A DNA stretch of 64,000 bases from Lytechinus pictus (Eukaryota). Made by a program: the position numbers and the translations under genes. Positions within the stretch are counted from its first letter, which is position 1. Every line of letters starts with the position of its first letter. Location of the stretch: the NCBI RefSeq assembly GCF_037042905.1, contig NC_087251.1:33606001-33670000 (forward strand), given 5' to 3'. Positions 39,727 to 52,785 of the stretch are shown piece by piece. The notes under the pieces are model-generated. The model was not told the origin of the DNA and did not search any database. It saw only the letters and a list, made by a program, of their open reading frames with translations.

Positions 39727-42553
39727 GGGCATTTTCACCACAGATGGACACAGAGGCAAAAAAATAAAGTTGATATTCATGTCAAATGCTTTATGTTTTT
39801 TAATAAAACAAGACCTGAAGTTTCTGAGACAAAATTTTTTTCCGACTCTGGCAGCCATTTTTTATTTCAAAATGGCTGCCAAAGTATGGATACAAATTAG
39901 TGTTGAAAATAGTATATTGATACATATTTTGTTTTGACAGATTTTTAAAGAACAGGTTTGATCATGATGTTTTCGCCTTTGATTTAGCTTGCTATTATAA
40001 CACTTTTTAAAATCCCACAGAAAGAAACACCAGTAATTCATTCATCTGATAAAAAAACATTGATGAAGTATGTGATATGGTATGTAATGTCAGTTACCGA
40101 AAACATGAACTTTTTTTTCTAATTTCCTGGAAAAGAGGATATATTATATGAAACTTGGTAGATTTCCTCTCTAGGTAACACCCCTCCCTTCTACACCAAA
40201 ATTAAAGATTACCAATTAACAATTAAGCAATAGGGTACCATTAAATATATGTAATGTCAGTTACCAAGTGGAAAATGTAATGTCAGTTACCGAGATGTAA
40301 TGTCAGTTACCATGATAAAACGTTGGTTACCAATATTGAAATGCAAATATGTGGTCAATTTTATGGTGAAGAAATATTGTATACTTGTTATTTAACCCTA
40401 AGAAGACTGGGGGGGGGGGGGCTGATTCAGCCCCCCCCTCGACATTTTTCGCGATAAATCCAATGCTTGAATGTTTTTGACCGCGTCGCTAGCTGACTTT
40501 TTACCTTCAAGTCTCGAGCAACTTTTGAGACCAAAATTGTGACCCCCGGGTACACGGTTCCGAAATTACGCAACATTTTGTAAGTGCATGCAGACCCAAA
40601 ATTACTAAAAAACGTGAATTTGTGTACAAATCCAATGCAAATAGTGTTTTCAGCCAAAATTCATAAAATGTATCATTATTTTTCCTTTTACCGCTAAAAT
40701 CAATTAATTTTATCTTGTATAGGGCCAAAATAAAGTCCCTGACAATTTCCATTGAAAAAACAATAAAAAACAAAAAGTCCAAAAAACAAAGAAATACATA
40801 AGAAATTTAGAAAACAATAGAATACATAAGAAAATAAATAAATAAATTTGATCAGATGCCTATCTAGAGTATGTGGAACAAAAATTAGCATTTTAGGATC
40901 ATTATTTTATTAATTAGATCAAACATGATTTTACGCATAAATTAGCATAATTAATCAGCAATGAGATTTTCTGCAGAATTTGATTTTATAGTTTTGTAGA
41001 TAATGCCATGGGTAATGCGCGTGCCAATTTTCGTTGCGATCGCGCGATCGACGGCCGAGATCATAAAGGGGGGCTGAATCAGTTGAATTCCCATCGTGCA
41101 AAAAAAAAATACTATGAAATTGTTTTGTACATGCACTTTACCAAGTACCTAATTGTTTGTATCAGACAATTTTTTGTTTGGTTTTCGGGGGGGGGGGGGG
41201 TAGGGGGTACTTTTCCCAACCTATTGCCTAAATCTGCAACATTTTTTAAGCTTAAAATTGTGATGAAGGGGATTTCCAGGGTCCCTTTTTTAGTTTCTAG
41301 GATTCTTTTGAGCATTGCCTCGCTAAAAGTAAATTCCTGGATTTTATACCTGTTAGTAGTGTGGATGTGTGATACAATTTTGTTTTTGGTTTACAAGTAT
41401 AGATGAAAAGTGAAATTTGACAGTTCTGATCAATGTTGCATGGATCTACTAAAACTGTGGTGTTTTTTTCTAATTTACAAATAGTTCAGTTTCAGTTTAG
41501 AAGCTGGAGTTTATTCTTTGTTGACAGCTTATAAAAGAAATTAGCAAAGAAAATGATTAAACAAATTATGAAGAGAATTGAAATCCGACAGATATAAACA
41601 AGCATTGCTTGCACTGACCAGAATAGAAATCACTAAAACTACATGGCTGCATGAGATTTGGGGGAGGGGTACATGTAGCCTAGGGGAGGAGACCCTTATT
41701 AATTTTGCCTTTTTTGAGGGGAGGGGGAGGTTGGAGAAGGAAAAGGTTTAAAAAGTCAATATAAAACTGATGAATATATTATGGGTGTATAGTCAGAAAA
41801 ATCCATGTGTACAGTCAATGCAATATTAAATTACTATAGGAAAAAAAAAAATTTTAAAAAGCCTTACATATAAGTACCAAGAAAATTATGCCTTTGAAAA
41901 TCATATAGCACTGGATACTGTTAATGTGTATTGTCAGTAACCGACAAGTAATGATAAAAATTTTCAAATAAAAAAAAGGAATTAAGAAAAAGAAAAAGTT
42001 TTTTCATTGAAATGTTTCTAAAAACTCAGGCATACTTCCACATCAAGCTCACTTTCATGTGAAGCCCTGCACAGAAGATACAATGCAATGATTCCACACA
42101 TTTGACTTCCATGTGTTATCTCTATGGCAAATTAAGTGTAATGTCAGTTACCGTAATGTCAGTTACCAGCATGGTTGTGGAAAAATTATCATAGTCCTCA
42201 AAAGACAAAAACGAATTGTTTAATATTTTGACACATCTTAACCTAGTAACGGAGGTATATTTACATATTCAAATTATTTCTCTATCTACTCAGGGACATG
42301 AGGTATTTCAATTTTAATGAACACCCTGAAATTGCATGTCCTTTTGCGTAATGTCAGTTACCGACACATGTTTGCTTGCTGATGCGTGAAAAAATGTGGT
42401 TACATAGGAAAACTTAGTATCAGAGTATACAGCAAGGTTCACTTTATTAACTCTATCAAAAGCAAGCTCCCATCATTTGTTGTTTTAGAGATACACACAA
42501 TGGAAGGTGTGAAAACATTGTGCCGTGTAATGTCAGTTACCGTGAAAATGCCC
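39727..42553. mobile_element. Non-autonomous Sola2-like DNA transposon with a nested insertion
   Basis: 12-bp perfect TIR GGGCATTTTCAC / GTGAAAATGCCC and 4-bp TSD CCCT (39723-39726, 42554-42557). It carries nine same-orientation copies of GTAATGTCAGTTACC. The superfamily is inferred from the GRG terminus and 4-bp TSD. Confidence 0.75.
40396..41082. mobile_element. piggyBac-like non-autonomous element, right end truncated
   Basis: TTAA|CCCTAAGAAGACTG(G)nCTGATTCAGCCCC at the left. On the right, GGGGGGCTGAATCAG stops at 41082 without the expected ...AGGG|TTAA. It is CpG-rich relative to its flanks. Confidence 0.75.
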
Positions 42554-42565
42554 CCCTGTTTATTA

Positions 42566-42568
<3 letters not shown>

Positions 42569-42607
<39 letters not shown>

Positions 42608-42650
42608 GAAGATTATGTCTCCTTACAGAGTTTCTATTAAGTCTTTTTTT

Positions 42651-42681
<31 letters not shown>
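42569..42681. repeat. Two (TA)n microsatellites
   Basis: TA runs at 42569-42604 and 42654-42681. Confidence 0.97.
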
Positions 42682-45462
42682 GCCATTACCAAAACAAATG
42701 AATGAAACAAAAATCTAAATATTGCTACAATTATAGTATTTTTACAGTGATTATTTTAGACTGCTCTTTTTACTTTTCCATAGTCCACATATATATATAT
42801 TACTTATTACTGCTGCTGCTTAAAGTGAATTCAGCGTTCATATATGTCAGATATATTTCTGGCATATTACCGGTACACCAGATTTGGAATAGCTGCAAAT
42901 AAAGAATTAGTGCATTTTAATATGAAAATCCCCCCCCCCCAAGGAAGTTACCATTTCAATGAAGATCATGTGAATGTGTATGTCCTATAGTCTACAGATT
43001 TAATGTGGATGATATAAAATAACAATGTGTTTTACTGGATTCATTTTGCAATTTTACAATAAAGTCTCATTTTTCTCAGGTGCCAGAGCAAAATAAAATT
43101 TCTGAAATTCTGTTTGGGATATAATCACTGTATGTAGCTTTCTGATAATTTGTAAGATACCTGTCTAATGGGTCTTTTTTCAATGAAATAAGAAAAAAAA
43201 AAGCATTTATACTGAGAGATGATACTAGATATCTAAAAAAATATCATTTCAAATTGTCACAAAGAATATATGGTGGAAAATAAGATCCTAAGGCCCGACA
43301 CTTTTTAAGATTAGAGTATTACATGATACTCTAGTATAATTCATATTAACATTTTACCAAAGCGTTATGCATCAGTATACATGTACATAGTTTCAGCATA
43401 CAGTTGGTAAAACTGTTTTACTGAAGCGATTAAAATTCTATCATGTCTCCAGTATACATGTACGTACCATCACCCAGTGCTAGCATCACCACCACCTTCA
43501 TCGCTACAAATACAGATCGCTAATAAATTGATTGTTAATAAACAAAATCTTACTTTTAGATTTTCTTTCTGTGTGAGTGGAATTCATAATTCGATTCAAT
43601 TACCACACAATTATTCAACGCCCTTTTATCAGGTTCAAACAAAAAATAGTACTGGTGGGCATTGTAAATTTTAATGACTCCAAATGACAAAAAACAATGT
43701 GAACGATATTATTCATGATTTCATGTATGCTGATTTTTGCACGTACTGCACAATAGTTGAAGATTTGCAGGTACCGGTACTTGTTTTTATTTAGAAAATA
43801 TGGTTCCTGATGTCAAAGAAAATTATTACAAACTCGGTAAATTTAAAATATTATCATACACTTAACCCACATAAAAGACCTCCCCCCACACACACACACA
43901 CACACAAACATAAATTGGAATACAATCTATTTCATGGAGTAGAATCCATTCATCATATATATTGCATTAAAGGCTCCATTTTACAGTATACTTGGAATTT
44001 TAAAAGTGATGCAAATAGTAGCTTTCTGTCAATTGTACACTCATCTATCACTTTGTTCTGAATCTTGTTTCACTCTTTGCAGGCTGAATTAATTTTTGGG
44101 GAATAATAATGACAATTGTTTCTATGTTAGACTTTGAATCAAGATTTCTATTTTGAACCATTGATACTGGTGATTATTATATGGATGTTGTCCAATAACT
44201 TTTGCCATTTATTAGCTTCTCTTACATGAAGTTAGGGGAAAAACAAATTATTACGATTGCTGAATTTAATTGTACAAATTTGTGCAAAATTGCAACATCA
44301 CAGTGCAAAGGGTTCAGAAACTAAAGGCTTGTTAATGACAAATGAACAATTTTATAGCAAGCTTAATATCGACCAATCAGATTAAATGACGTTAGGAACT
44401 TTAAACTGTTATTACAAATTTAGTTTTATGAAATGAGGACAAACAATAAATTCACAGACATTGAGAGAGATAAATCCAGTGATTGAAACAATTCATACCA
44501 TTTGAAAAAGCACCATATGGTATTTTCTTCTATGCACACTGCACGGGCTTAGGGCAGTTAGGCCCCCAAACTGTACAAAATAGCCACCCTTCCCCCTCCC
44601 ACCCCCAATTAAGTTTTAAAATACCTGCTGTAAATTACCATAGGGTTGGGGCAAATGGTTATTTGGAAAACCGGACGCAAGAAAAAGTGCCCCAACAGAA
44701 ACAATAATACCCCCTCCCTCCAACCCTCATACATTGCAGTTACCATATTATGTTTGTACAGTCAAACTGGTAAATTTTGAGCCTGATATGGATAAATGAT
44801 CATACAAGTATGTCGAGACTGAAAGTTAAGTATCATTTAGAAATGGCAAAAGTGTTAACACAGTACAAATGCTAAAGAAATAAATAGAAATGGAAAATAT
44901 GGAGATACAGATAAGTTGATTCAATGTTATAATATACATCACATCCATCAAATATATTTTGGTTAACAGCAATTGCCTATCATATCATTTAACGATATTC
45001 AGACCGATATATTTTTCACTTATGTTCATCACTCACAAAACAAAAAAATATCACCACTATACATTGTATGTTGATAGAAACTGAATCCATATTCCATTTA
45101 AGTATCTAAGTAAATATCACTTGTCAATCAAAATAATAAGATTGTGCAAAATCATACAGGTCAATCATTCTTTTACTGTATCAAACAAATTTTTAAACTC
45201 ACTGCAGTAAAAAGCTAAATTGTCTCTTTAAACTCTTCCTCAAAACCACATGTGTGACCATTTTTTTAACAATCTTTTTAAATGTACATTAGAACATTCA
45301 TTCTCAATGAATTACAAACAAAATTACAACATCACAATCTAATTTTTCTTCCTTTCTCTTGTTTTCTCCCATCATTATTGTGAAAATCTGTCTAATTTCC
45401 TATCATATTGCTGACATAGTAGGAGAGGTATCCAAAAATCAGATGAATTTTCTCTTCTTTTT

Positions 45463-45630
45463 CAGTGTAAACACTGGGGTGTTAACATTACACCTTAGAA
45501 ATCGAACATAACACCAAAAATTGTAAAAGTTACAACCAGAGGTGTCATTATAACACCCATTTGGGGCTGAACTAACACCAAAAATAAATTAATGTGTGGT
45601 ACACCAGTCAACACCACAGCTTTTGCTGTG
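45463..45630. mobile_element. CACTA/EnSpm-like MITE
   Basis: Right end aacaccacagcttttgctgtg and degenerate left end cagtgtaaacactggggtgttaac. Multiple aacacc/ggtgt subterminal motifs; TT on both flanks. Confidence 0.55.
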
Positions 45631-45671
45631 TTTTCTCCATCTTTTTCTAAGACATGACAAAATCAATTCTG

Positions 45672-45880
45672 AGGGGAGTTTTACAAATAATCATGTGTGA
45701 CTCAAGAGTCATGCTTAAAGGCTGACGTGCACATGATACATAACAAGATTGTTAGTATTACTCATTAGCGCGCATTCTCTAAGCATATTTTGACCAATGT
45801 GGTGATGCTTATTATACCGCATGCAACTTGAAATTTAAGTGCGACTATACATCTCACAAAAATCTTTGCAAAACACCCCC
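45672..45880. mobile_element. Harbinger-like MITE
   Basis: TIRs ggggagttttacaaa / tttgcaaaacacccc. Confidence 0.55.
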
Positions 45881-46026
45881 ATGGAATACAAAAAAATATT
45901 TATCATTTAATATTTTTCTGCAAGTATGTATATTTTTTTTCTTTTGCATGCTTTGTTTGGCATTTTTTCAACTCCAATTATGAGGGAAAAATAATTTGGG
46001 AAAACAATATAAATTGTCTGTCTTAC

Positions 46027-46127
46027 CTTGATCTTTTAGAGGGAGGATGGATGGAATCCTCTATCTTGGTATACTCCCCCTCTTGCGAAGAATGTGATGA
46101 GACCGATGGAATGGGATCCACAGGCAT
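46027..46127 (-). CDS. Candidate first coding exon of an unidentified intron-containing gene (MPVDPIPSVSSHSSQEGEYTKIEDSIHPPSKRS, phase-2 donor)
   Basis: Minus strand reads gacaccATGcct with a good Kozak context and an in-frame TGA about 48 nt upstream. It continues for 33 open codons plus AG, then a consensus donor AAG|GTAAGA. No homology recognised. Confidence 0.5.
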
Positions 46128-48794
46128 GGTGTCAATTATTATGTAATCAAATCCACAAATACAAATGTAAAATCACAAATTTTGGCACTTCTCCACATAC
46201 AAAACAGAGCTGGGTTCTTCTTAATCTCTTTCCGTGATTTAGAGCATCTGCAAAAATTTGACCACAGCTCTAGAATTTTTCTTCTTGTTTCCTACAAAGA
46301 TTAAGGTGGTGGGATCTTGCTCAGCTTTTATCTGTGGTTTGGCGAACGGTTGCCCCCTTTTTTTTGCTAATATTTCATTTCTTTCACTGAATTGAGTATA
46401 ACCTGATATCGTTTTTCCCTTGCTGTATAGCTTCCGTATCACTTTGCGCTTCACAGATGTTGTGAACTTGGATGCCTGGAATGTGTTGCCAAATTCTCTG
46501 TAAACACAGGGTGGATGGACTGTGGTGAAACTTGATGCAGGGTTAAAAGTTGATGATTGCACAACAAAAGAAATGACATTTGCGGTTGTTTTATCCACTG
46601 GCAAAATTCAAAAGCAACACAGCTTGCTGTCACAGAATTCTTTGTTTCCAATCAAAGATAAAAGCAACGGTTATTCACTGAGAAGCAAAGAAGCAAGCTT
46701 GTAGGAATGTATCAATGTACACAACTCCTCATTTGGGGGATACCTAGTGCATTCTGATTTCAAGAAACAATTATTATTTTTTAAGATCTTGTATCTCGAT
46801 TTGGTAATGCCTCACTGAAAATCCATCATTTCTCCAGTATTTGTTTCTTCTTTCACTTAGTACTTGATTATACATGCATGACTGCCTGTCCACCATTTGT
46901 GGTTTATAAACCTCACAACTGCCATTCTGCTTAATCACATAATATTTTCTTCATGTTAGAGTCAACATGACAGCAAATATTGGTGAGCAAACGCTGCAAT
47001 GAAGTGCCTCTGCCAATGTCTACAGAAAAGGTGTTTTCACAATCAAGTCATGCCCACTCTATTGCCATTCAATTTTCCTTCTTTAATACAATGTAACCAC
47101 GTAATAAGACAGTTAATAGATTTATTCTATGGCTCGCAACAATTCCAATGCTAAGTTTTTCTTTCAGCCGTGGTTTTGACGGGCGATTGTTAGCCGTGGA
47201 CCACCGATTCCATGCAGGAGGGGACGATCGGAAAGTAACAAAAAGGACGCAGAGAAGTGTGTCTAAGTGCTGCAATGATTGAAGGTTGGAAAAACAGTCT
47301 GAGAAGGTAAATTGGCTGTGAAGACGTGACTGATCTTTGTGCGTTTCACGCTAGCCCGGGCCGACTCAATGCATGCACAAAGACTCGGGGAGTCGCCTGC
47401 AGGGTGAACAATCAGACCTGTGTGGCGGCCGTGAGCCCCGGCACTCTGGCAGGTGTTCAGCTCACCACGTCTCTCCCTGCCACTGCTGCCTGCCAGAATG
47501 GCTACACCTCCTGCTACAAAATGACTGACTGTGACTTCTTTGATCTTGTTGATCGGGATGAATTATTAATCCTTTCCCCCAATATATCCGATCATGGAGT
47601 TAACTGCTAGCTGTTTCTCTATACAGGTCATCAAGCACAATGATTTATAGATTACCCCCAATGAAATATAGTCAGTGATTTACGGCCAGTTCATACAGTT
47701 TCCATTAAGCTGGCTGTAGGGTTGGAAGTCAACAGCTGACTTTTGAATCCTTTCTCTTCCGATTCAAAACTAGATTTTGACTAACACGCTGCAATAATTC
47801 AAATGATGGGTAGCTGTAGCTGTACATTGAATAAGTCAGACACTGATTTTAAAGGGCAATCAATCATGGAAAGCAAACAATTTGTGAGTTGGTTTGATAT
47901 CGGAGGGCGAAGCAGGTGGCTTCAACGTGCTTTTCCCCAGCTCGCACTGCACACACAAATACACACAGGCAAGGCTAACCATTCCACATGCCTGCCCCAC
48001 ATGGGTAGCATCCAGTTTCTAAGCTGCCGACAATCAGATATTTCATTCACAGTCTCCCTGTCAAGCCAACCACTTGCGTGATGTGCAATGCATCCAAACA
48101 GAATCCTTCACTAATCCCTTATCAATTTCTACCAATCAATTGCTTATTATCTCCATAAAGTATATATCATTCATTCATTCAAAGTCCTTCACAATAAAAT
48201 GTTACACAGACCATCAAGAAATTAATAGTATCCTCTGTACATCACAATAGTGTAAAATAATCCACGATTAGGGTCAGTCCTTGTACTTTTTTTATGCTGA
48301 GAGTTTTATTGATGAACAAGATGTTTGTCTTTATTCAGAGAGTTGAAAATGGATATCTCTTCTTCTACTGGTACACATATCATAGGCTTGAAAACCTACA
48401 ATTGGAGGTTAAATATAACAGGGTGGTAATTAAAGCCCACAAAGTATAGTAAAGCTTGGTGCAGTAGTAGGAATGAGTAGCTCCCTGCAGATCGGCAATA
48501 GCAGTGATAGCAAGATACTGTCAGTAAGGTAGGTATTCACAAGCATGGACCGCCGGGGAGAGTGTTCCCGGACGCAACAACGCAACTAGCCAGCACATGC
48601 ACAGAGCAATTCAATCAGCTGCTAGGCGCATCAGTCTCTACCCCCACGAACCGAACCTCGGCAGCAGAACGAAGAACACGAACCGGAGAGAACAACACGA
48701 TATCTAGCTAGTATGTAGGCCCACCCAATGACCCAGCAGTCCTGTTTATTATTGTCACAACCAATTACTGGAGGCAGGGAGCTCGGGCCTGGCT

Positions 48795-48849
48795 GTGCAC
48801 TGCAGAATATAATAGCCCTGGCCTATATACACGAGTTCATTTGAGGTCA
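48795..48849 (-). promoter_or_regulatory. Candidate core promoter: DR4 element, TATA box and Inr-like CAGT
   Basis: AGTTCA-TTTG-AGGTCA at 48834-48849 and TATATA at 48824-48829. A minus-strand CAGT has its A at 48801, 28 nt from the first T of the TATA. CpG-richer UTR-like sequence follows on the minus strand. Confidence 0.45.
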
Positions 48850-51800
48850 CGGTATTACACACACTCATACACACAACCCATGCCTGCAAGCCACTTCTAT
48901 TATTCTTTTATCGGTGCTTCTCATTCTCTCTCCCTTCCTCTCCTTCCCTTCCATTCATTTATTCTCCCCCTATTCATTCAATCTCTAGTTCATACTCAAA
49001 GAAGGAAGGTGGAATAGAATTGCCATCCGTGCTTGAACATGTGTGTGTCAAGGAGAAAAAGAGGAAGAGAGAGAAGGAGAGAAATGCTTTGTGTATTGTG
49101 CATTTGATTGTATCCCCCTCGTGAGTGTGTTTTGACTTTGCGTCCAATTCTCCATGCCCTAGGCAGCTATCGCGAGTACTGTGTAAAGTGTGTGTGTGGT
49201 GTGTGAGTGGGAGGGTGGGTGGGTAAACGTGTGTATACGGAACCGAACCCTCACACGCAGGCAGTCATTTATCAAGGTTGTCCTCTGTCTAGCCCTCCAT
49301 CAAACTGATTCAACTTCCACTGCTATTAATCTATTTGCATATTCATGATTCAGGAGGAATTGCACTGCGCATAAATCTCACTGAAATGCCGTCTAAATAC
49401 CCCCGCGTACAGTGCATCTCTAATAGAGTTCCAACATACATGCACAGGAAAACAATCACAGCACTCCTTCCAAGACATGATGTAAAATTGAGTAAATATC
49501 AATAATTTACTAATGATATTACATCAAGGAATGACAACTGATTCCATATAGGCAATGTAAGTCTATTACAAATGCCAATCTCCTCTCTATGCATCCAAGA
49601 ACATGTATCATAATACAAACATAACACTTGGAAGTTATCAACTTTCAAGTGCTATGAAAATCACTTTGTTGTTTTAAGGTCTAACGACTTTCCACTGAGA
49701 AAACAATCCCAGCCTATCAGACACAAGGTGATTACACTTTATCAAGTTTCATATCCTACACTGACATGAAATCAAATGATATGTATAAACTTCTAAGAAA
49801 TTATTCAAAATGCAATAGACAAGCAAGCATTTCATAAGCTCTCATTGTTTCTGAATTGCGGTTTGAGCTATAATTTCCTGATGGATACAACAGATCTTCT
49901 TTCCTTCCGTGGTGTGATTTGTCATCAAATAGACTCTACAAAAAGCATAGAATAACTCAATGATGAAAATAGCACACCAAAAACCCAGTCATTCTATGCC
50001 CGTTTTAAAAAATAAACCTTGACAATTGCGCATTTAACCTGATTTTCTAAATTTCATAATGGCTATGGAACTTCAGGTTACGCACCACTTCTCACAGAAG
50101 CATAGCAAGTGCTGAGTCGGCTGTGCACAAGTTAAACTCATTACTCTTTCACTGTGATTGCTCTATTTTGAAACAAAACAAATGAAGCTTCACCACATTA
50201 TTTTCACTCGCAATGTTTAACTATACAATTCCTTCTCTATTTTGGCTCTGACATTTTATCCCAATGACAGATCATGCTTACGATTGAGCAATCAGCTCTC
50301 ATTTGGAACTATATTCTTTCATCAAGGTAACAGTTCGGCAACTAATTACTCTACCGCTGTCCCGGCCGTGACCTCGCCTCTCCTAGCTAAACATCCAGAC
50401 CTCAATCTGGAGCGGCGATTCCCCCATTATGCACCACTCATGTTAATTGGAGTGATGGTTTCGTCGCCATGGTAGCCATGATAAACAAGAGATGGCGTCA
50501 CAACCATCCAAGAGCAAAGTATACTTTAACCATCATCTATCGGCTTCAACAGGGTTGGTTTGATATCGAATGTGGTGTGATGTCATGTCTTTCCGCTTGA
50601 GAATAATGCAAGAATGCAAGTTATGGTCGGGATGCATGAGATGAAAATTTTATTTGCTCCCTCTAGATTTTTATTGCAGGAGAAAGATGGCATAAAGGCA
50701 TTTAGTTCCTCAATAGCGCAGAATAAAAATACAAGATAATATGAATATATCATAAATATATACGAGCAAGCTTCGATTCATGAACATCTCTATTAAACAG
50801 ACAGTAAATTTTTAACCAGAAGTCTTAAAACAGAACTGTTGTGACTGCCATGGAATACCGTTTTATGTTCTTTACATATCCTGTTATGAATATATCTTTT
50901 AATAAATTGTGTCATAACACAAACACATCTAATTGGATGGGGCAATATCAAAAGCATCTACAACTAAGCTTATACCAAAACTAGAATTTCTAATCAAGGA
51001 AACAAATGTAAATTTACAAGGCAGGAGATCTTGAGTTATTTCTAATTAGTTCAAGGTCACTTATCTTGAAAAATAATTGCTTACTTGATTTATTATGATG
51101 ATAGTGTAGTCACAGAATTAATGAATATAACAATCTGGAACATGCATGAACTAATTTCCTCATTACTCTGGCATATGTGATTGCAAAACAGTGCCATGTA
51201 CACTTATATACCGGATAGACAATGGTTCAAATAAATGAAAACCAATTTTTTTTATTGTTCTATAAAAGTATTTTTATAGATAATACATCTAAATAACTCA
51301 GGTATCTAAATGAACCTAACAGATTTTTGAAAAATCCCTTTCACTTTTGAAATTTGTTTCTTTCCAGAGATCCTGATAAAACATAATCTTTATACCATTC
51401 ATGTTTGAGCAATGCCAAGCATCAAAGGTGTTCTGGTGTGCATAGATTTCAAATATGGTGACATATGATGTGGTATTTCTCTATGAATATCAAACAAAAC
51501 TGCTATACCATCTCTGAATATAAAAAGAAATAAAGGTTGAACCCAAGGCTATAAATATCGACATAAATTCCCAAAAGTCTAATGCCAATACTGACAGGGG
51601 AAATTCAGAAGAATTCAGGGCACCACGGCTTAGGCCATGACTGGTATTTACTTTTTGAATTTGCCACGAAAAGCTCCACCAATATCTATCGCACAACACC
51701 GTTTCGAAAAATCTTTTTTTCTCACTCCTTCTCTGTCTCCTTTTCATCGCAAGACGAGGCATGCAGGCAGGCAAAGGGAAAAGAAGTTAGGAACGTTCAA

Positions 51801-52142
51801 TCAAAACGGGGAAGGAAATTGTAAACAGAGTAGAGTTACTGATCAGGAGGACTCAAAAGTGCAGTCTGCTCATGACATCCCCAGCACGATTCAAAAATTA
51901 GATGAAAGCCTACCCCGGCCTGCCTCTCTCAGGCCATATTTTGGGAGGTGCCCTGGCACGGCGAACCAACCCAATTGCGTGTCCACCAGAAATTTAATTA
52001 ACCTCTTGCATTTTAACGGCTGTAATCTGCTCTTCGCAAACAAGAATTAGGAGGGTGACATTACCTTTTAATATCACATCCACCTATCAATCTTCATTCC
52101 CCCAGTCGGACACAAAAGTGAACTTTAGGATTGACAGAATTC

Positions 52143-52483
52143 ATTCATTTCTACCCCCCTTTATCAATATGATGGTCTGGTGGGGGATGGGGGGAGGAAG
52201 TGTTATATTCAGACAATATCACATGAGGATGGCATCCCCATTCTCCTATTGCACTGACAATGTGGTTGTACACTAGAGCAGAAGGTACCCCCCCCCCCCC
52301 CAAGAATTTCAAAGTGACAAAAAAAGGGGAGCATTTATTCATTTCACTGCCTTTACCGTTATGATGGGCTGGTGGGGGGGGGGTTCGAGATGAAGTGTTA
52401 CATTCAGACAGAGTCACATGACGGTGACATTCCTTGGCTCCATTATTCATCACACAGACAATGGGGTTGTACACTAGAGCAGA
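52143..52483 (+). repeat. Diverged direct duplication of ~140 bp
   Basis: Copies at 52143-52282 and 52337-52483 are collinear and share ggttgtacactagagcaga and gaagtgtta(t/c)attcagaca. Confidence 0.85.
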
Positions 52484-52678
52484 TTTCATGGAGTCAGGTT
52501 TAGGTCGATAAACCAGACTATGATGCTACATAGTAAAAAGCTTTATCTTAAAGACTTTCTCATGAAATAACTGTTTTCTGTAGCTACCAGTACTCAGCTT
52601 CAATTACTTTGCAATAATTAATATTAAATTATTGGCCATTTAGTTGACTATCAAGTGGTTCTTAGATTGTATTCCTAC

Positions 52679-52785
52679 CTTGTTCCTGCCTAGAAGACCA
52701 TTGGTAAGATGCAAGACAGTGATATGAAGGAAGACAGGTAGCTAAAAATGGAATGCAACCACGGAGCAATGATCTCTTTGATGAC
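52679..52785 (-). other. Candidate internal, probably 5'-UTR, exon (107 nt)
   Basis: Strong acceptor tgtttttattttcttttctattgcag|GTC and donor CAAG|GTAGGA on the minus strand. It contains ATG GTC TTC TAG. One of the three frames is open throughout. Confidence 0.55.

Noticed and set aside
40084..40311. CRISPR-like array of GTAATGTCAGTTACC
   Set aside because: The repeat is only 15 bp, spacing is irregular (5 to about 150 bp), there are no cas genes and the context is eukaryotic. Transposon internal repeats explain it.
46239..46604. 121-aa ORF starting MPVD, echoing the MPVD of the candidate exon
   Set aside because: It starts at TTG and the similarity ends after four residues, so it is a coincidence within probable 5'-UTR.
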